Assembly (NCBI GenBank): GCA_037481815.1
Contig: JBBFKX010000001.1
Coordinates: forward strand, 32,001-96,000
DNA: 64,000 bases
From: a candidate division WOR-3 bacterium
GTDB taxonomy: Bacteria; Hydrothermota; 32-111
Direction: 5' to 3'
Shown here: one piece after another, positions 30,207 to 39,840 of the stretch
Layout: every line of letters begins with the position of its first letter
Numbering within the stretch: position 1 is the first letter of the stretch
Position numbers and translations under genes: made by a program
Notes under the pieces: model-generated
Database searches by the model: none
Seen by the model: the letters and a program-made list of their open reading frames with translations, nothing else
What the model was told of the DNA's origin: nothing

Positions 30207-31760
30207 TTATAAGAGAATTGTTACTTTTGTTCCTTTTGGTTCTCTATCTTTTATTTCTATGTATCCTCCAACAGTATCAAGAATCTCTTTCACTATCGTG
30301 AGTCCAAGGCCTGTTCCAATTTTTGTGTGAACCTTTTCATCGTCCCTTTGAAATGGCTCAAATATTTTCGATTTAATCTCTGTTGGTATTCCTGGTCCTT
30401 CATCTTCAATACTTATGATTTTTTTCCATTTGTTTTCAACAAGTCGTGTTCCTTCGTAGATGATCTCAACTTTTCCACCTTCAGGTGAAAATTTTATCGC
30501 GTTATCGATCAGTTGATGAAAAATATGTTTTATAGCGTTTGAATCCGCTCTGATGAGTATCTCTGAATCGAAGTTTGTTAACTTAAAGTGTATGTCCTTT
30601 TTAAAGATCTTCATCGTAAAGATGTTCCCTATCTCTATCAAAAGTTTTGATATATCGATCTCTTCCTCCTTCAATCCAAGCAGATCAGATGATTCTTTGT
30701 AATCGAGTATTGTTGAGAATATTGTTGAGAATCTTTCAGTTTCATTTTTTAAAATTGTTAAAAATTCTTTTTGTGTTGGGGTGAGTTCTGTTCCTTCAAA
30801 ATCAGCAAGGAGTATCTGAACCGATCCTAAAATCGCGGTCATCGGTGTTCTGAGTTCGTGGGAGAGGTTTGTAACTATTTTTTGTTTTTCTTCGTTGATA
30901 TCCTCTGTGTTTATAAAGTAGAAAAGAATGTTATGGATCATCTTATCTGGATTTATGTATTTTATTGTGAGATTGTAGATTTCATCGAAATTATTGTTGA
31001 TTCTGACATTTTTTAAAATTTTTTCTGTTGCTTTTGTTACTACCTCTTCAAAGATCTCTTTTAGTTCAACCTCTTCACCTGTATTCTTTGTTATTTTGAA
31101 AACTTCAAAGACATCCTTACCTAAAAGGTCGGATCTTTTTAAAACATTTTTTGTTTTTTCTGAAAAGTTTTCAATCTTTCCTGTTGTACTTGTCAAAAAG
31201 AAGGGGAATGGGAAACTTTCGATAATAGTTTTGTTGATAAGAAAAAGTTTCTTTTCAAAAAACTGGAATCTGTTTCTGTTCTGATCTAAAAATTCTCCAA
31301 TTTTTAAAGACAAAGATTTTAAAACTTTTAAATCATCCTGTGTGAAAAGAGTGTTCTTTTCTCTGTTGAAAGATATCAATCCACCTATCGTTTTGTTGCC
31401 TGAAAGAATGGCTGTTCCAACTATAGTTATCGGCATCACCGAAATCGCTGAGGATGAGTTTGGTTTAAAATGTTCAAATTCAAGAGATTTCGGAATCAAA
31501 ACATCGTTGTTTTTGAATATATAACCTTCAACCGATTCATCCTCAAGTAAAGATTGGTAAAGAAGAACATTATCGTTTTTACCGTATGTTGCAATATAAA
31601 CCAATCTGTTTTCTATGTTTAAAAATATTCCAGAGGTCTGTGCTTTTATTATTCTGTTTATAGCAGCAAGAATATATGTTAAATCGAAAGGACTGACGAG
31701 AGAAAGGTTTTCGATCTTTGAAAGAAGTGCTTTTGGATCATTTTCCTGTTCAAAAATCAT
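30207..31760 (-). CDS. Cytoplasmic sensor histidine kinase (GAF-PAS-HisKA-HATPase)
   Basis: SHELRTPMT H-box, LIDNAIKF N-box, DEGPGI, F.PF, GTGLGL; GAF-like N-terminus. Confidence 0.92.
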   Translation of the reverse strand: MIFEQENDPKALLSKIENLSLVSPFDLTYILAAINRIIKAQTSGIFLNIENRLVYIATYGKNDNVLLYQSLLEDESVEGYIFKNNDVLIPKSLEFEHFKPNSSSAISVMPITIVGTAILSGNKTIGGLISFNREKNTLFTQDDLKVLKSLSLKIGEFLDQNRNRFQFFEKKLFLINKTIIESFPFPFFLTSTTGKIENFSEKTKNVLKRSDLLGKDVFEVFKITKNTGEEVELKEIFEEVVTKATEKILKNVRINNNFDEIYNLTIKYINPDKMIHNILFYFINTEDINEEKQKIVTNLSHELRTPMTAILGSVQILLADFEGTELTPTQKEFLTILKNETERFSTIFSTILDYKESSDLLGLKEEEIDISKLLIEIGNIFTMKIFKKDIHFKLTNFDSEILIRADSNAIKHIFHQLIDNAIKFSPEGGKVEIIYEGTRLVENKWKKIISIEDEGPGIPTEIKSKIFEPFQRDDEKVHTKIGTGLGLTIVKEILDTVGGYIEIKDREPKGTKVTILL

Positions 31761-32143
31761 TTTTGCTCAGGATTCAATGCTTTGTTTATCCTTGAAACAA
31801 GGTCTTTTAAGTTGAAAGGTTTAACAACATAATCGTTGATTCCTATGTTGAAACCTTTATTTTTATCTTCAACATTGGATTTTGCTGTGAGAAAGATTAT
31901 AGGAATATTTTTTGTGTTTTCGTTCTGTCTTAGATTCGCTGCGAGTTCAAACCCATCCATTACAGGCATCATTATATCTGTTAAAACAAGATCAACATGT
32001 TCCTTGTTTATAATATCGATCGCTTCCTGCCCGTTGTGTGCTTTGATGATATCGAAACCGTTTTGTTTCAAAGTGAATGCCATTATATCGACGAGAAATA
32101 GATCATCATCAACTATCAACAGGGTTTTCTTTCTTTCTTCCAT
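31757..32143 (-). CDS. Single-domain response regulator (receiver)
   Basis: LIVDDD, LTDIMMPVMDG, IIFLTA, YVVKPF. Confidence 0.95.
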   Translation of the reverse strand: MEERKKTLLIVDDDLFLVDIMAFTLKQNGFDIIKAHNGQEAIDIINKEHVDLVLTDIMMPVMDGFELAANLRQNENTKNIPIIFLTAKSNVEDKNKGFNIGINDYVVKPFNLKDLVSRINKALNPEQK

Positions 32144-32282
32144 TTAAACTCCCACTTTTTACATTATTATAAATTCAGTTTCCCTTTTGTCAACAAGTTA
32201 ATTATAAATTTATTGATAAAAAAAATCAATAGGTAATTTTATCTCTTTACAACACAGAAAAAAATGATAATATATAAAACCT

Positions 32283-34073
32283 ATGAAAATAATCAGGAAT
32301 TTTTCGATCATAGCACATATAGATCATGGGAAAAGCACCCTCTCCGATAGGTTTTTGGAGTTATCTGAAAATTTTGATATGAGAGAGTTTCGAGAACAGG
32401 CACTTGATTCGATGAGTGTTGAAAGGGAGCATGGAATAACCGTTAAAGCCCATCATGTCAGGATAAACTTTAAATGGAAGGGGAATGATATTCAGTTCAA
32501 TCTGATAGATACACCCGGCCATGTTGATTTTTCCTATGAGGTTTCGAGATCTCTTGCTGCATGTGAGGGTGCTGTTTTACTCGTTGATGCAACACAGGGG
32601 GTTGAAGCACAATCGATAAGCCATCTTCATGAGGCACTTGCAAACAATTTACCGATAATTCCGGTTTTGAACAAAATAGATCTACCCGCTGCTGATATTG
32701 AACTTTCAGGTAAAGAGATAATGGAACTTTTAGGGTGTGAAGAAAATGATATCATTCTAATTTCAGCGAAAGATGGAACCGGTGTTGATCAGTTGATAGA
32801 TGCGATAATCGAAAAATTTCCACCTCCCAAAATAGATCTTGAAAGTCCTTTGAAGGCACTGATTTTTGATTCAACTTACGACAATTACAGGGGAGCGATT
32901 CCCTATGTCAGGATATTTGATGGTGAGGTAAAAAAGGGAGATATGATAACATTCATTTCAACAAAGAGTATTTATGAGGTTGGAGAGGTTGGAGTTTTTT
33001 TACCAAAGATGAAGCCAGTTGAGAAACTCGTTTCAGGTGATGTTGGCTATATCATTTGTAATATAAAAAATATCGATGAGATTCATATAGGAGATACGAT
33101 TACTTTAAAAGGAGTGGATGTTCAGCCACTAAAAGGTTATAGGGAAGTTAAGCCGATGGTCTTTTCCGGCTTCTATCCTTCAAACGGTGAGGACTATGAA
33201 AAGTTGAAAGATGCTTTAAAAAAGTTAAAGTTGAACGATGCGGCGTTCACTTTTATACAGGAAAACTCCGAAGCGTTGGGATTTGGCTTCAGATGCGGTT
33301 TTCTTGGAATGTTGCACATGAAGATAGTCCAGGAACGTCTTGAGAGTGAGTTTGGACTCGATATAATTGCGACGATTCCCAATGTTGTTTACAAACTGAT
33401 AGATGTGAAAGGTGAAGAAAAGTTAATAGACAATCCAGCAAAAATGCCTGATATTACAAGAAACGAAAAAATTCTTGAACCATTCCTCGTTGTTGATATT
33501 TTTACACCACCTGACTATATTGGACCGATAATGCAACTCGTTATGGAAAGAAGGGGAGTTCAGAAGAGTATGGAGTATATAACAGATAAAAGAGTTCTTT
33601 TGAAATATGAGATGCCGATGGCTGAGGTGATTTTTGACTTTTTTGATAAGTTAAAAACGATAACAAGAGGTTATGGTTCAATGGATTACCAGTTTCTTGA
33701 TTACAGAGAATCTGATCTTGTGCGACTTGATATACTCATAAATGGAGATAAAGTAGATGCTCTATCAAGTATAGTTCCAAGAGAAAAAGCATATAATGTT
33801 GGAAACAGGTTGACACATAAACTCAAAGAGGTTATTCATAGACAGCAGTTTGAAGTTGCGATTCAGGCCGCTATCGGAAGTAAAGTTATCGCAAAATCAA
33901 TTGTAAAAGCGGTAAGAAAAGATGTTCTCGCAAAATGTTATGGTGGAGATATCACAAGAAAAAGAAAACTTCTTGAAAAACAGAAAGAGGGAAAAAAGAG
34001 AATGAAGATGCTTGGTAAAGTCGAGATACCACAGGAAGCTTTCCTTGCCGCATTAAAGATAGATGAAGAGTAA
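32283..34073 (+). CDS. lepA: Elongation factor 4
   Basis: IRNFSIIAHIDHGKSTL, DTPGHVDF, GFRCGFLGMLH, KDVLAKCYGGDITRKRKLLEKQKEGKKRMK. Confidence 0.98.
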   Translation: MKIIRNFSIIAHIDHGKSTLSDRFLELSENFDMREFREQALDSMSVEREHGITVKAHHVRINFKWKGNDIQFNLIDTPGHVDFSYEVSRSLAACEGAVLLVDATQGVEAQSISHLHEALANNLPIIPVLNKIDLPAADIELSGKEIMELLGCEENDIILISAKDGTGVDQLIDAIIEKFPPPKIDLESPLKALIFDSTYDNYRGAIPYVRIFDGEVKKGDMITFISTKSIYEVGEVGVFLPKMKPVEKLVSGDVGYIICNIKNIDEIHIGDTITLKGVDVQPLKGYREVKPMVFSGFYPSNGEDYEKLKDALKKLKLNDAAFTFIQENSEALGFGFRCGFLGMLHMKIVQERLESEFGLDIIATIPNVVYKLIDVKGEEKLIDNPAKMPDITRNEKILEPFLVVDIFTPPDYIGPIMQLVMERRGVQKSMEYITDKRVLLKYEMPMAEVIFDFFDKLKTITRGYGSMDYQFLDYRESDLVRLDILINGDKVDALSSIVPREKAYNVGNRLTHKLKEVIHRQQFEVAIQAAIGSKVIAKSIVKAVRKDVLAKCYGGDITRKRKLLEKQKEGKKRMKMLGKVEIPQEAFLAALKIDEE

Positions 34074-34506
34074 AGATATTCTTTTTTCGATTCTCATCTC
34101 TATTTTTTTAATTTTTTTTATTAAAATCTTTTTGCTTTCACCTGTTATCATAAAAGGAAATTCGATGTCTTCGACCTTTAATGATGGAGACATCTCATTC
34201 TTTATTCCAGCAAAAACATATTCGATTTTTAAGAACATATTTAACTCAAAGGACTATACTTTTTTAAAAGATAAAAATGTTATCGTCGAACATGGGAATA
34301 AAAAGATCATAAAAAGGTGTGTTGGTGTTCCATTTGATACTCTGATATTTTTTGATGATTACGGAAAAGAAAAAAAAGTTATAGTCCCCCAGGACTCATT
34401 CTTTGTTATCGGTGATAATTTTAGAGATTCTTATGATTCAAGAAATTTTGGTTTTGTTGGTTTAAACGAGATAAAGGGAATTATAGTTTTTGAAAAAAAA
34501 TTATGA
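34063..34506 (+). CDS. lepB: Signal peptidase I
   Basis: GNSM catalytic Ser, IKRCVG Lys, GDN...SYDSR.FG; follows lepA. Confidence 0.88.
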   Translation: MKSKDILFSILISIFLIFFIKIFLLSPVIIKGNSMSSTFNDGDISFFIPAKTYSIFKNIFNSKDYTFLKDKNVIVEHGNKKIIKRCVGVPFDTLIFFDDYGKEKKVIVPQDSFFVIGDNFRDSYDSRNFGFVGLNEIKGIIVFEKKL

Positions 34507-35039
34507 AACTGATTTTAAATTGCGAAAATGTTGATCTCAAAAGAAGAATAGAGCAGTTTAGAAAACATAAAAGGAGTGGAGAAATCTCGCTTGAAGATGA
34601 TAAAAATTCGTTTATAATTTTTGATTCAGGAAACATAGTTGATATCTCATTTAAAGGAAAAAAAGATTTAGATTTCTGTTTGAACTCATTCTATAAACTC
34701 AAAAAAGGGAATGTTGTTTTTATTATAGAAGATGAAAAAAAACAGGATCTTATTTTTTCGTTAAAGAAACTTGAAGGACTTCAGGATTACATTATAATCG
34801 AAAAAGATGACAAAATCACAACTTCTTTTGATGACAAAAAAGTAAAAATTTTTTCAAATTACATAAATCAGATCAAAAAATCAAACATACTCAAAACCGA
34901 TTTTGTTTTTTTTCATTTCAAAAAGGTAACGGTCGTATTGATTTTTAAAGGTGAAAAAACTTTGATGCTTATTTTTAAAAGCACAGTTTACAACAAGATG
35001 TTTTTAAACAGAATAAAAAAGATTTTATTCGATGAATAA
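34503..35039 (+). CDS. Hypothetical protein (N-terminus weakly DUF4388/PATAN-like)
   Basis: Overlaps both neighbours; KRSGEI....IIFDSGNIVD pattern. Confidence 0.5.
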   Translation: MKLILNCENVDLKRRIEQFRKHKRSGEISLEDDKNSFIIFDSGNIVDISFKGKKDLDFCLNSFYKLKKGNVVFIIEDEKKQDLIFSLKKLEGLQDYIIIEKDDKITTSFDDKKVKIFSNYINQIKKSNILKTDFVFFHFKKVTVVLIFKGEKTLMLIFKSTVYNKMFLNRIKKILFDE

Positions 35040-36090
35040 AGGTATATACATACACATCCCATTCTGTGAGAGTAAATGTTTTTACTGCAATTTCGTTTCA
35101 GGTCAATATGATGAGGATCTGATAAGAAAATATTTTAAAAGTTTAACTTTTGAAATAGTTGATAGAAAAAAATTTTTTGATATGCTTGACACTATATATT
35201 TTGGTGGGGGGACACCTTCATCGGTTGATGTCGAACACATAAAAAAGATTTTTGATGTTTTAAAAGATAACTATGACTTTCAAAATTTAAAAGAGATCAC
35301 AATCGAAATGAATCCTGAATCAACAACAGAAGAGAAGATTCAATTTTATAAAGAACTTGGATTCAACAGGTTCTCTCTTGGTATTCAGTCGTTCGACGAT
35401 AAAGTTTTAAAACTACTTGGGCGATTGGCAGGTGTTGAAAAAATATTTAAAGTTCTTTCGTTGTTCAACGAAAATGATAATCTGTCTGTTGATTTTATCT
35501 ATGGAATAAAAGGTCATAAATTAGACATTTCACCAATAAAAAATTTCCCGGTTAAACATATCTCAGCATACATACTAACTCTTGAAAAGGGCTCAAAACT
35601 TTTTGGTTCTGAACTCGAAAACGATGATATTGAAGAAGAATATTATTTTTTATTGAACCAATTAAAAAATTTTGGTTTTAAAAGGTATGAGGTTTCAAAT
35701 TTTTCAAAAGAAGGGTTCAGATCTTTGCACAATCTTTCCTATTGGGATCTTTCATCAGTTTATATAGGATATGGAGTTTCAGCAGCATCGTACAACGGAG
35801 TTGAAAGAATAAAAAATTCTGACGATATAAAAATTTACATCAAAGATTATAAAAACGATATTCAAAAAGAGATAATAGATGAGAATAAAAGAAATGTTGA
35901 ATACCTGATGCTTGGGCTCAGAAAAAGTGATGGACTCGATTATGATGAAAAATTTTTAAATCTTGTGAACAGAAAAGAACTTGATCATTTCTTAAACGAA
36001 GGTTATTTGAAAATTGAAAATAAAAAAATTTCCTGTACTGATAAAGGTTTTCTTATTTTGAATTTAATTCTTGAAAAAATTCTTGTTTAA
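35032..36090 (+). CDS. hemW: Radical SAM heme chaperone HemW (HemN-like)
   Basis: YIHIPFC...C.YC, TIYFGGGTPS, R.SLGIQSF, YEVSNF, HN..YW. Confidence 0.88.
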   Translation: MNKGIYIHIPFCESKCFYCNFVSGQYDEDLIRKYFKSLTFEIVDRKKFFDMLDTIYFGGGTPSSVDVEHIKKIFDVLKDNYDFQNLKEITIEMNPESTTEEKIQFYKELGFNRFSLGIQSFDDKVLKLLGRLAGVEKIFKVLSLFNENDNLSVDFIYGIKGHKLDISPIKNFPVKHISAYILTLEKGSKLFGSELENDDIEEEYYFLLNQLKNFGFKRYEVSNFSKEGFRSLHNLSYWDLSSVYIGYGVSAASYNGVERIKNSDDIKIYIKDYKNDIQKEIIDENKRNVEYLMLGLRKSDGLDYDEKFLNLVNRKELDHFLNEGYLKIENKKISCTDKGFLILNLILEKILV

Positions 36091-36836
36091 ACTTTTACAA
36101 TCAGGGATCTGATTATTTCAATTATCTCTTTTTCTTTATTTTTGTTATAAAGAAGAGGAATGTTGTTAAAGAAAACTCCAGAGAAATTCATTTTATCAGT
36201 TGAATGAACTTCTTCGATTTCGATCTCCTGAAATTCTTTTTTTACAATCTCTTTTAAATTTTCATATTTAGCGTTTTCGAGTGGACATAGAGGATTGTAT
36301 ATGATCAGAAGTTGATTCGTTTTTGTCTGTATTCTATTCCTTTCATCTGAAACAATTCTAAAACTTACCTCTTTATCAAACGATTTGTATAATATCTTTA
36401 CAAGGTCATCATCTGAAGGTGCTTCAACGAATCCATTGTTTATAAAGAAATTTTTACTCATCCATTCATTTTCACCGATCGAGTGTGTGAAAATTATTTT
36501 TTTACCGCTTTCTTTGATCTCTTTTTCAATATGTTTTAGTATCATCGATCCAAGCATCTGGTTTCTGTAATCGTTTAAAATGTAAATACAGTTTAAGAAA
36601 ACTCCATCTTTACTTTCAATAAAAGATAATGGCTGTTTTGTATCGAAAAGAATAACATGTCCTGCGGGAGTACCGTCAAGAGTGATCCCGTAAGCATATA
36701 TTTTATAATCAAGATTTTTCAAAAGGAAATCAACACTCTTCTGGTGATGGGAAGAACCCCACAGGTTTATCTCTTTTGTGCATGAGTATGCAAGTCCGAG
36801 ATTTTCTTTACTTAATCTTGTAATCTTTACTTCCAT
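36087..36836 (-). CDS. GNAT family N-acetyltransferase (YoaP-like)
   Basis: LNCIYI..YRNQMLGS acetyl-CoA motif, FF..NGF, C-terminal CP. Confidence 0.65.
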   Translation of the reverse strand: MEVKITRLSKENLGLAYSCTKEINLWGSSHHQKSVDFLLKNLDYKIYAYGITLDGTPAGHVILFDTKQPLSFIESKDGVFLNCIYILNDYRNQMLGSMILKHIEKEIKESGKKIIFTHSIGENEWMSKNFFINNGFVEAPSDDDLVKILYKSFDKEVSFRIVSDERNRIQTKTNQLLIIYNPLCPLENAKYENLKEIVKKEFQEIEIEEVHSTDKMNFSGVFFNNIPLLYNKNKEKEIIEIIRSLIVKV

Positions 36837-36872
36837 AAGAATAATTTAACTTTTTATTTTCAATTGTCAATA

Positions 36873-37673
36873 TTATAAATACTGTAAAAGTTCTTCTCCC
36901 AGAACACCTGCAAAAAGTTCAATGTAAGGTTTAACTGGACTTGAACTTATTTTTGGGAAGAGAATCTCCTCGATCTGGAAGAATCCAACAGATTCTCTCA
37001 TAAGAACAGTTATCTTTATTGGTTTTGTTATACCTTTTTCTATATTGACTTTCTGTATCGCTGAAGCGGAATATTTGTGTATATCTCCAACTCGCGGTTT
37101 CCTCTGGATCATAGATGTTATTCTTGCTCTTCCTTTTTCCATATCACATCCATCACCGATCAAGACAAGTCCCGCTTCAAGTGAATTGATACTTTTCGTT
37201 GCCATATGTCCGATTATACCTTCAACAACCATTGATCTTAAAATTATCTGTTTTTCAAACTCGTTTGTGTATACCTTTTCGAGTATTCTTTCGATAATTT
37301 TTATTCCAAAAAGTGAAGAAAAGATCTCATGGTTTTCTCTTGTGACACTCATTCCAATATCATGTAAAAGGGATGCTATTATTACTGCAACTTTGCTATC
37401 CTCAACGGTTCCGACACCTTCGTTTTCAAGATTGAATTTTACACCTGCTTGATGTAAAAGTTCAAACATGATAAGTGAGTTAAGGCATGCTCTTTTCATA
37501 TGTACGGGCCCATGATCGTTGAATCCCAGCCTTTTTATAGATACATTGTTTGAATAGTTCATCAAAAACTCGACCTCTTTATCTTGAAAAATCATCCTTG
37601 CGGTTTCGAGAGATTTTCCATCAAGTTTTGAAAGTATCGTCTTTTCAAGTTCGATCTCTTTTTTTGATTTCAT
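36873..37673 (-). CDS. HD-domain metal-dependent phosphohydrolase
   Basis: RLGFNDHGPVH, LLHDIG, H..D.CDM.KGRAR, IHKYSA. Confidence 0.85.
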   Translation of the reverse strand: MKSKKEIELEKTILSKLDGKSLETARMIFQDKEVEFLMNYSNNVSIKRLGFNDHGPVHMKRACLNSLIMFELLHQAGVKFNLENEGVGTVEDSKVAVIIASLLHDIGMSVTRENHEIFSSLFGIKIIERILEKVYTNEFEKQIILRSMVVEGIIGHMATKSINSLEAGLVLIGDGCDMEKGRARITSMIQRKPRVGDIHKYSASAIQKVNIEKGITKPIKITVLMRESVGFFQIEEILFPKISSSPVKPYIELFAGVLGEELLQYL

Positions 37674-37681
37674 CTTTCACC

Positions 37682-38326
37682 TCATTGTAAATTTTTTATG
37701 TAAAAAAATATTGAAAAGAAATGTGTTATAGACCCAGCCAGCACAAAAAGGTGCCATACGATATGGAAGAAAAATAATCTGTCAAGAATGTAAAATATCG
37801 TTCCAAGTGTATATGATATTCCGCCTATTACAAGGAAAACGAAAGATATTTTTGGAATCGATATATACACCTGTTTTATCGCAAATATTATTATCCATCC
37901 CATCAGGATGTATATTATCGTTGATAGTATGTCCGTCTTGTTTATAAAAAAAGTTTTAAAAAGTATACCAAGAAGTGCGAGCCCCCAGATGATTCCAAAT
38001 ATCGTCCAACCAAGAGGACCTCTTAAAGGTAAAAGTGCAAAGGGAGTGTATGTGCCTGCTATCAGTATATAGATTGATGTATGATCAAAAAATTTAAAAA
38101 CCCTTTTGACCTTTCCTTCAGGAAAGGAATGGTATAAAGTTGAACTGATATATAAAAGTATTAAAGATGCACCATAGATTGAAGATGAAACTATAGCATA
38201 AACATTTTTTACTTTAACTGAAAAGACAACACAGAGCACAAGCCCGACAACACTCAGAAGAAAGCCAGCACCATGTGTTGTTGAGTTAAAAATCTCTTCG
38301 ATCAAACTCATTTTTCTTTTTTTCAT
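37682..38326 (-). CDS. Hemolysin III / PAQR (TrhA) family membrane protein
   Basis: EEIFNSTTHG, STLYHS, DH.SIY.LIAGTYTP, H.VWHLFVLAGS..HF. Confidence 0.92.
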   Translation of the reverse strand: MKKRKMSLIEEIFNSTTHGAGFLLSVVGLVLCVVFSVKVKNVYAIVSSSIYGASLILLYISSTLYHSFPEGKVKRVFKFFDHTSIYILIAGTYTPFALLPLRGPLGWTIFGIIWGLALLGILFKTFFINKTDILSTIIYILMGWIIIFAIKQVYISIPKISFVFLVIGGISYTLGTIFYILDRLFFFHIVWHLFVLAGSITHFFSIFFYIKNLQ

Positions 38327-39686
38327 CTTTCAACATCCCGTATATATGTAATGTTGATGCGACCAAAAGCCCTGCAAACATCGGTTCAATAAGGTAAAGG
38401 GCAGAGTTTTGATCTATTCTTTTTCTTATGAAAATCCAGAGTAATGGAACTACAAATCCCAGAATTATTTCTATAAAAGTTAAATTTTTGTTTATCTTTA
38501 TTTTTTTATAATAAGCACCAAGTAAAGGCAGTATAAGCCCGGGTATACATATTGAGCCGATAAGATACCAGAGGTTGACGACTGAAGGAACAAGGAAAGC
38601 AAGTAAAAAACCAAATAGAGAGGATAAAATTATTCCAACAACAGTCATCTTCTTTTCATCAGCATTATCTTTTATTTTTTTTACTATATCGATTGAGAAG
38701 GTTGTTCCGCTTATCACAAAGAGTGAGTTGAGTGTCGAGATCACTGTTGCAAAAATTGCTGCGTAAAAAAGTCCTTTGAATCCAGAAGGCATTATTCGAT
38801 CAGCGAGAAAAAAATATGACCACTGAGGGTAATCAAGTGATGGGAACAATATTTTCGAATAGAGCGCGGTTGTTGTTGTTAAAAAATCAAAAATCATCCA
38901 GAAGATTATCGATAGTAAAATCCCGTTCCTTGCAACATTGCCATCTTTTGCACTATAACATCTCTGATGGAATCCTGGATCGACGAAAGTCCAGGATGCG
39001 ATAAAAAACCAGACAATAACATAAAACGGAGAGAGCCCACCAGTTAAGGAAAGATGTTCTTTGGGAAGGTTTTCTTTTAAAATATTAAAGTCCCCAATGT
39101 TTTTGTAAGAGAATAAGAAAAGAAAAATAAACCCAAGAAACATAACGAAAAATTGAAAGAGATCCGTTTTTACATCTGTGACAAAACCACCTTTGAGTAT
39201 GAACGGAAGGATGATCAAAAGTGATATCAGCATCGAAACAAACAGGTTTAAAGAAAAGATTTTTGAAAAGATTATTCCTATCATCAAAATGTAAGGTGCT
39301 GGTGAAGAGAGAATCAAAACGATTATCGCTGACAGAATTGAAATCTTTTTGTCATACTCTTGTTCGATCTTTTGAGGGATCGTGAGAAGTGATGTCTCTC
39401 TTATCCTTTTAGCGAAAAGTATAGCGAAAAGAAATCCAAAAAAATAGTAAGGGACTCCCTGTGTCACCCAGTTGACGATACCATAATTATAGGTGAACTC
39501 TCCTACACCGAGTATTCCACCATACCATGTTGATACATTTGTTGCTATGAAAAGGAATAGTCCGGTTTTCCTGCTGTTGATCAAAAAAGAATCTTTCCCT
39601 TTCACATTTTTTGATGCAAAATAGGAAATCATTAACAGAAAAAAGAAAAATAAAAAAATCACAAAAATATCTAAACTCTGGATCAT
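38286..39686 (-). CDS. Sodium:solute symporter family protein
   Basis: STWYGG..G, GG...DV.TD..Q, QRCYSAK, A.VISTL.S; many TM helices. Confidence 0.88.
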   Translation of the reverse strand: MIQSLDIFVIFLFFFFLLMISYFASKNVKGKDSFLINSRKTGLFLFIATNVSTWYGGILGVGEFTYNYGIVNWVTQGVPYYFFGFLFAILFAKRIRETSLLTIPQKIEQEYDKKISILSAIIVLILSSPAPYILMIGIIFSKIFSLNLFVSMLISLLIILPFILKGGFVTDVKTDLFQFFVMFLGFIFLFLFSYKNIGDFNILKENLPKEHLSLTGGLSPFYVIVWFFIASWTFVDPGFHQRCYSAKDGNVARNGILLSIIFWMIFDFLTTTTALYSKILFPSLDYPQWSYFFLADRIMPSGFKGLFYAAIFATVISTLNSLFVISGTTFSIDIVKKIKDNADEKKMTVVGIILSSLFGFLLAFLVPSVVNLWYLIGSICIPGLILPLLGAYYKKIKINKNLTFIEIILGFVVPLLWIFIRKRIDQNSALYLIEPMFAGLLVASTLHIYGMLKDEKKKNEFDRRDF

Positions 39687-39790
39687 AATTTTAAATTATA
39701 GTAATTTAGAAGGATTATTCAAGGGAAGAAAAATTTTTTGTTAAACTCACAACAAATTTTAATTTTTCATAAGAACAATACATACAACTA

Positions 39791-39818
39791 TTGACTTTTT
39801 AAAAAGGTCATTTAAAAT
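39791..39818 (+). promoter_or_regulatory. sigma70-like promoter overlapped by an imperfect palindrome
   Basis: TTGACT (39791-39796)-16 bp-TAAAAT (39813-39818). TGACTTTTTAAAAAGGTCA is near-palindromic and could be an operator. Confidence 0.55.
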
Positions 39819-39840
39819 TTAAATCATAAAAGGAGGTATT

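Noticed and set aside
30708..30731. 12-bp tandem duplication TATTGTTGAGAA x2 (FSTIFSTI) in the histidine kinase
   Set aside because: It is in frame and the HisKA helix keeps its normal length (ERFSTIFSTILD); no evident consequence.
39687..39790. Riboswitch upstream of the sodium:solute symporter (or preQ1 riboswitch before the queuosine transporter)
   Set aside because: The symporter promoter lies directly against its ATG, leaving no leader. The queuosine transporter directly follows the flavodoxin gene. No aptamer motif was recognised.
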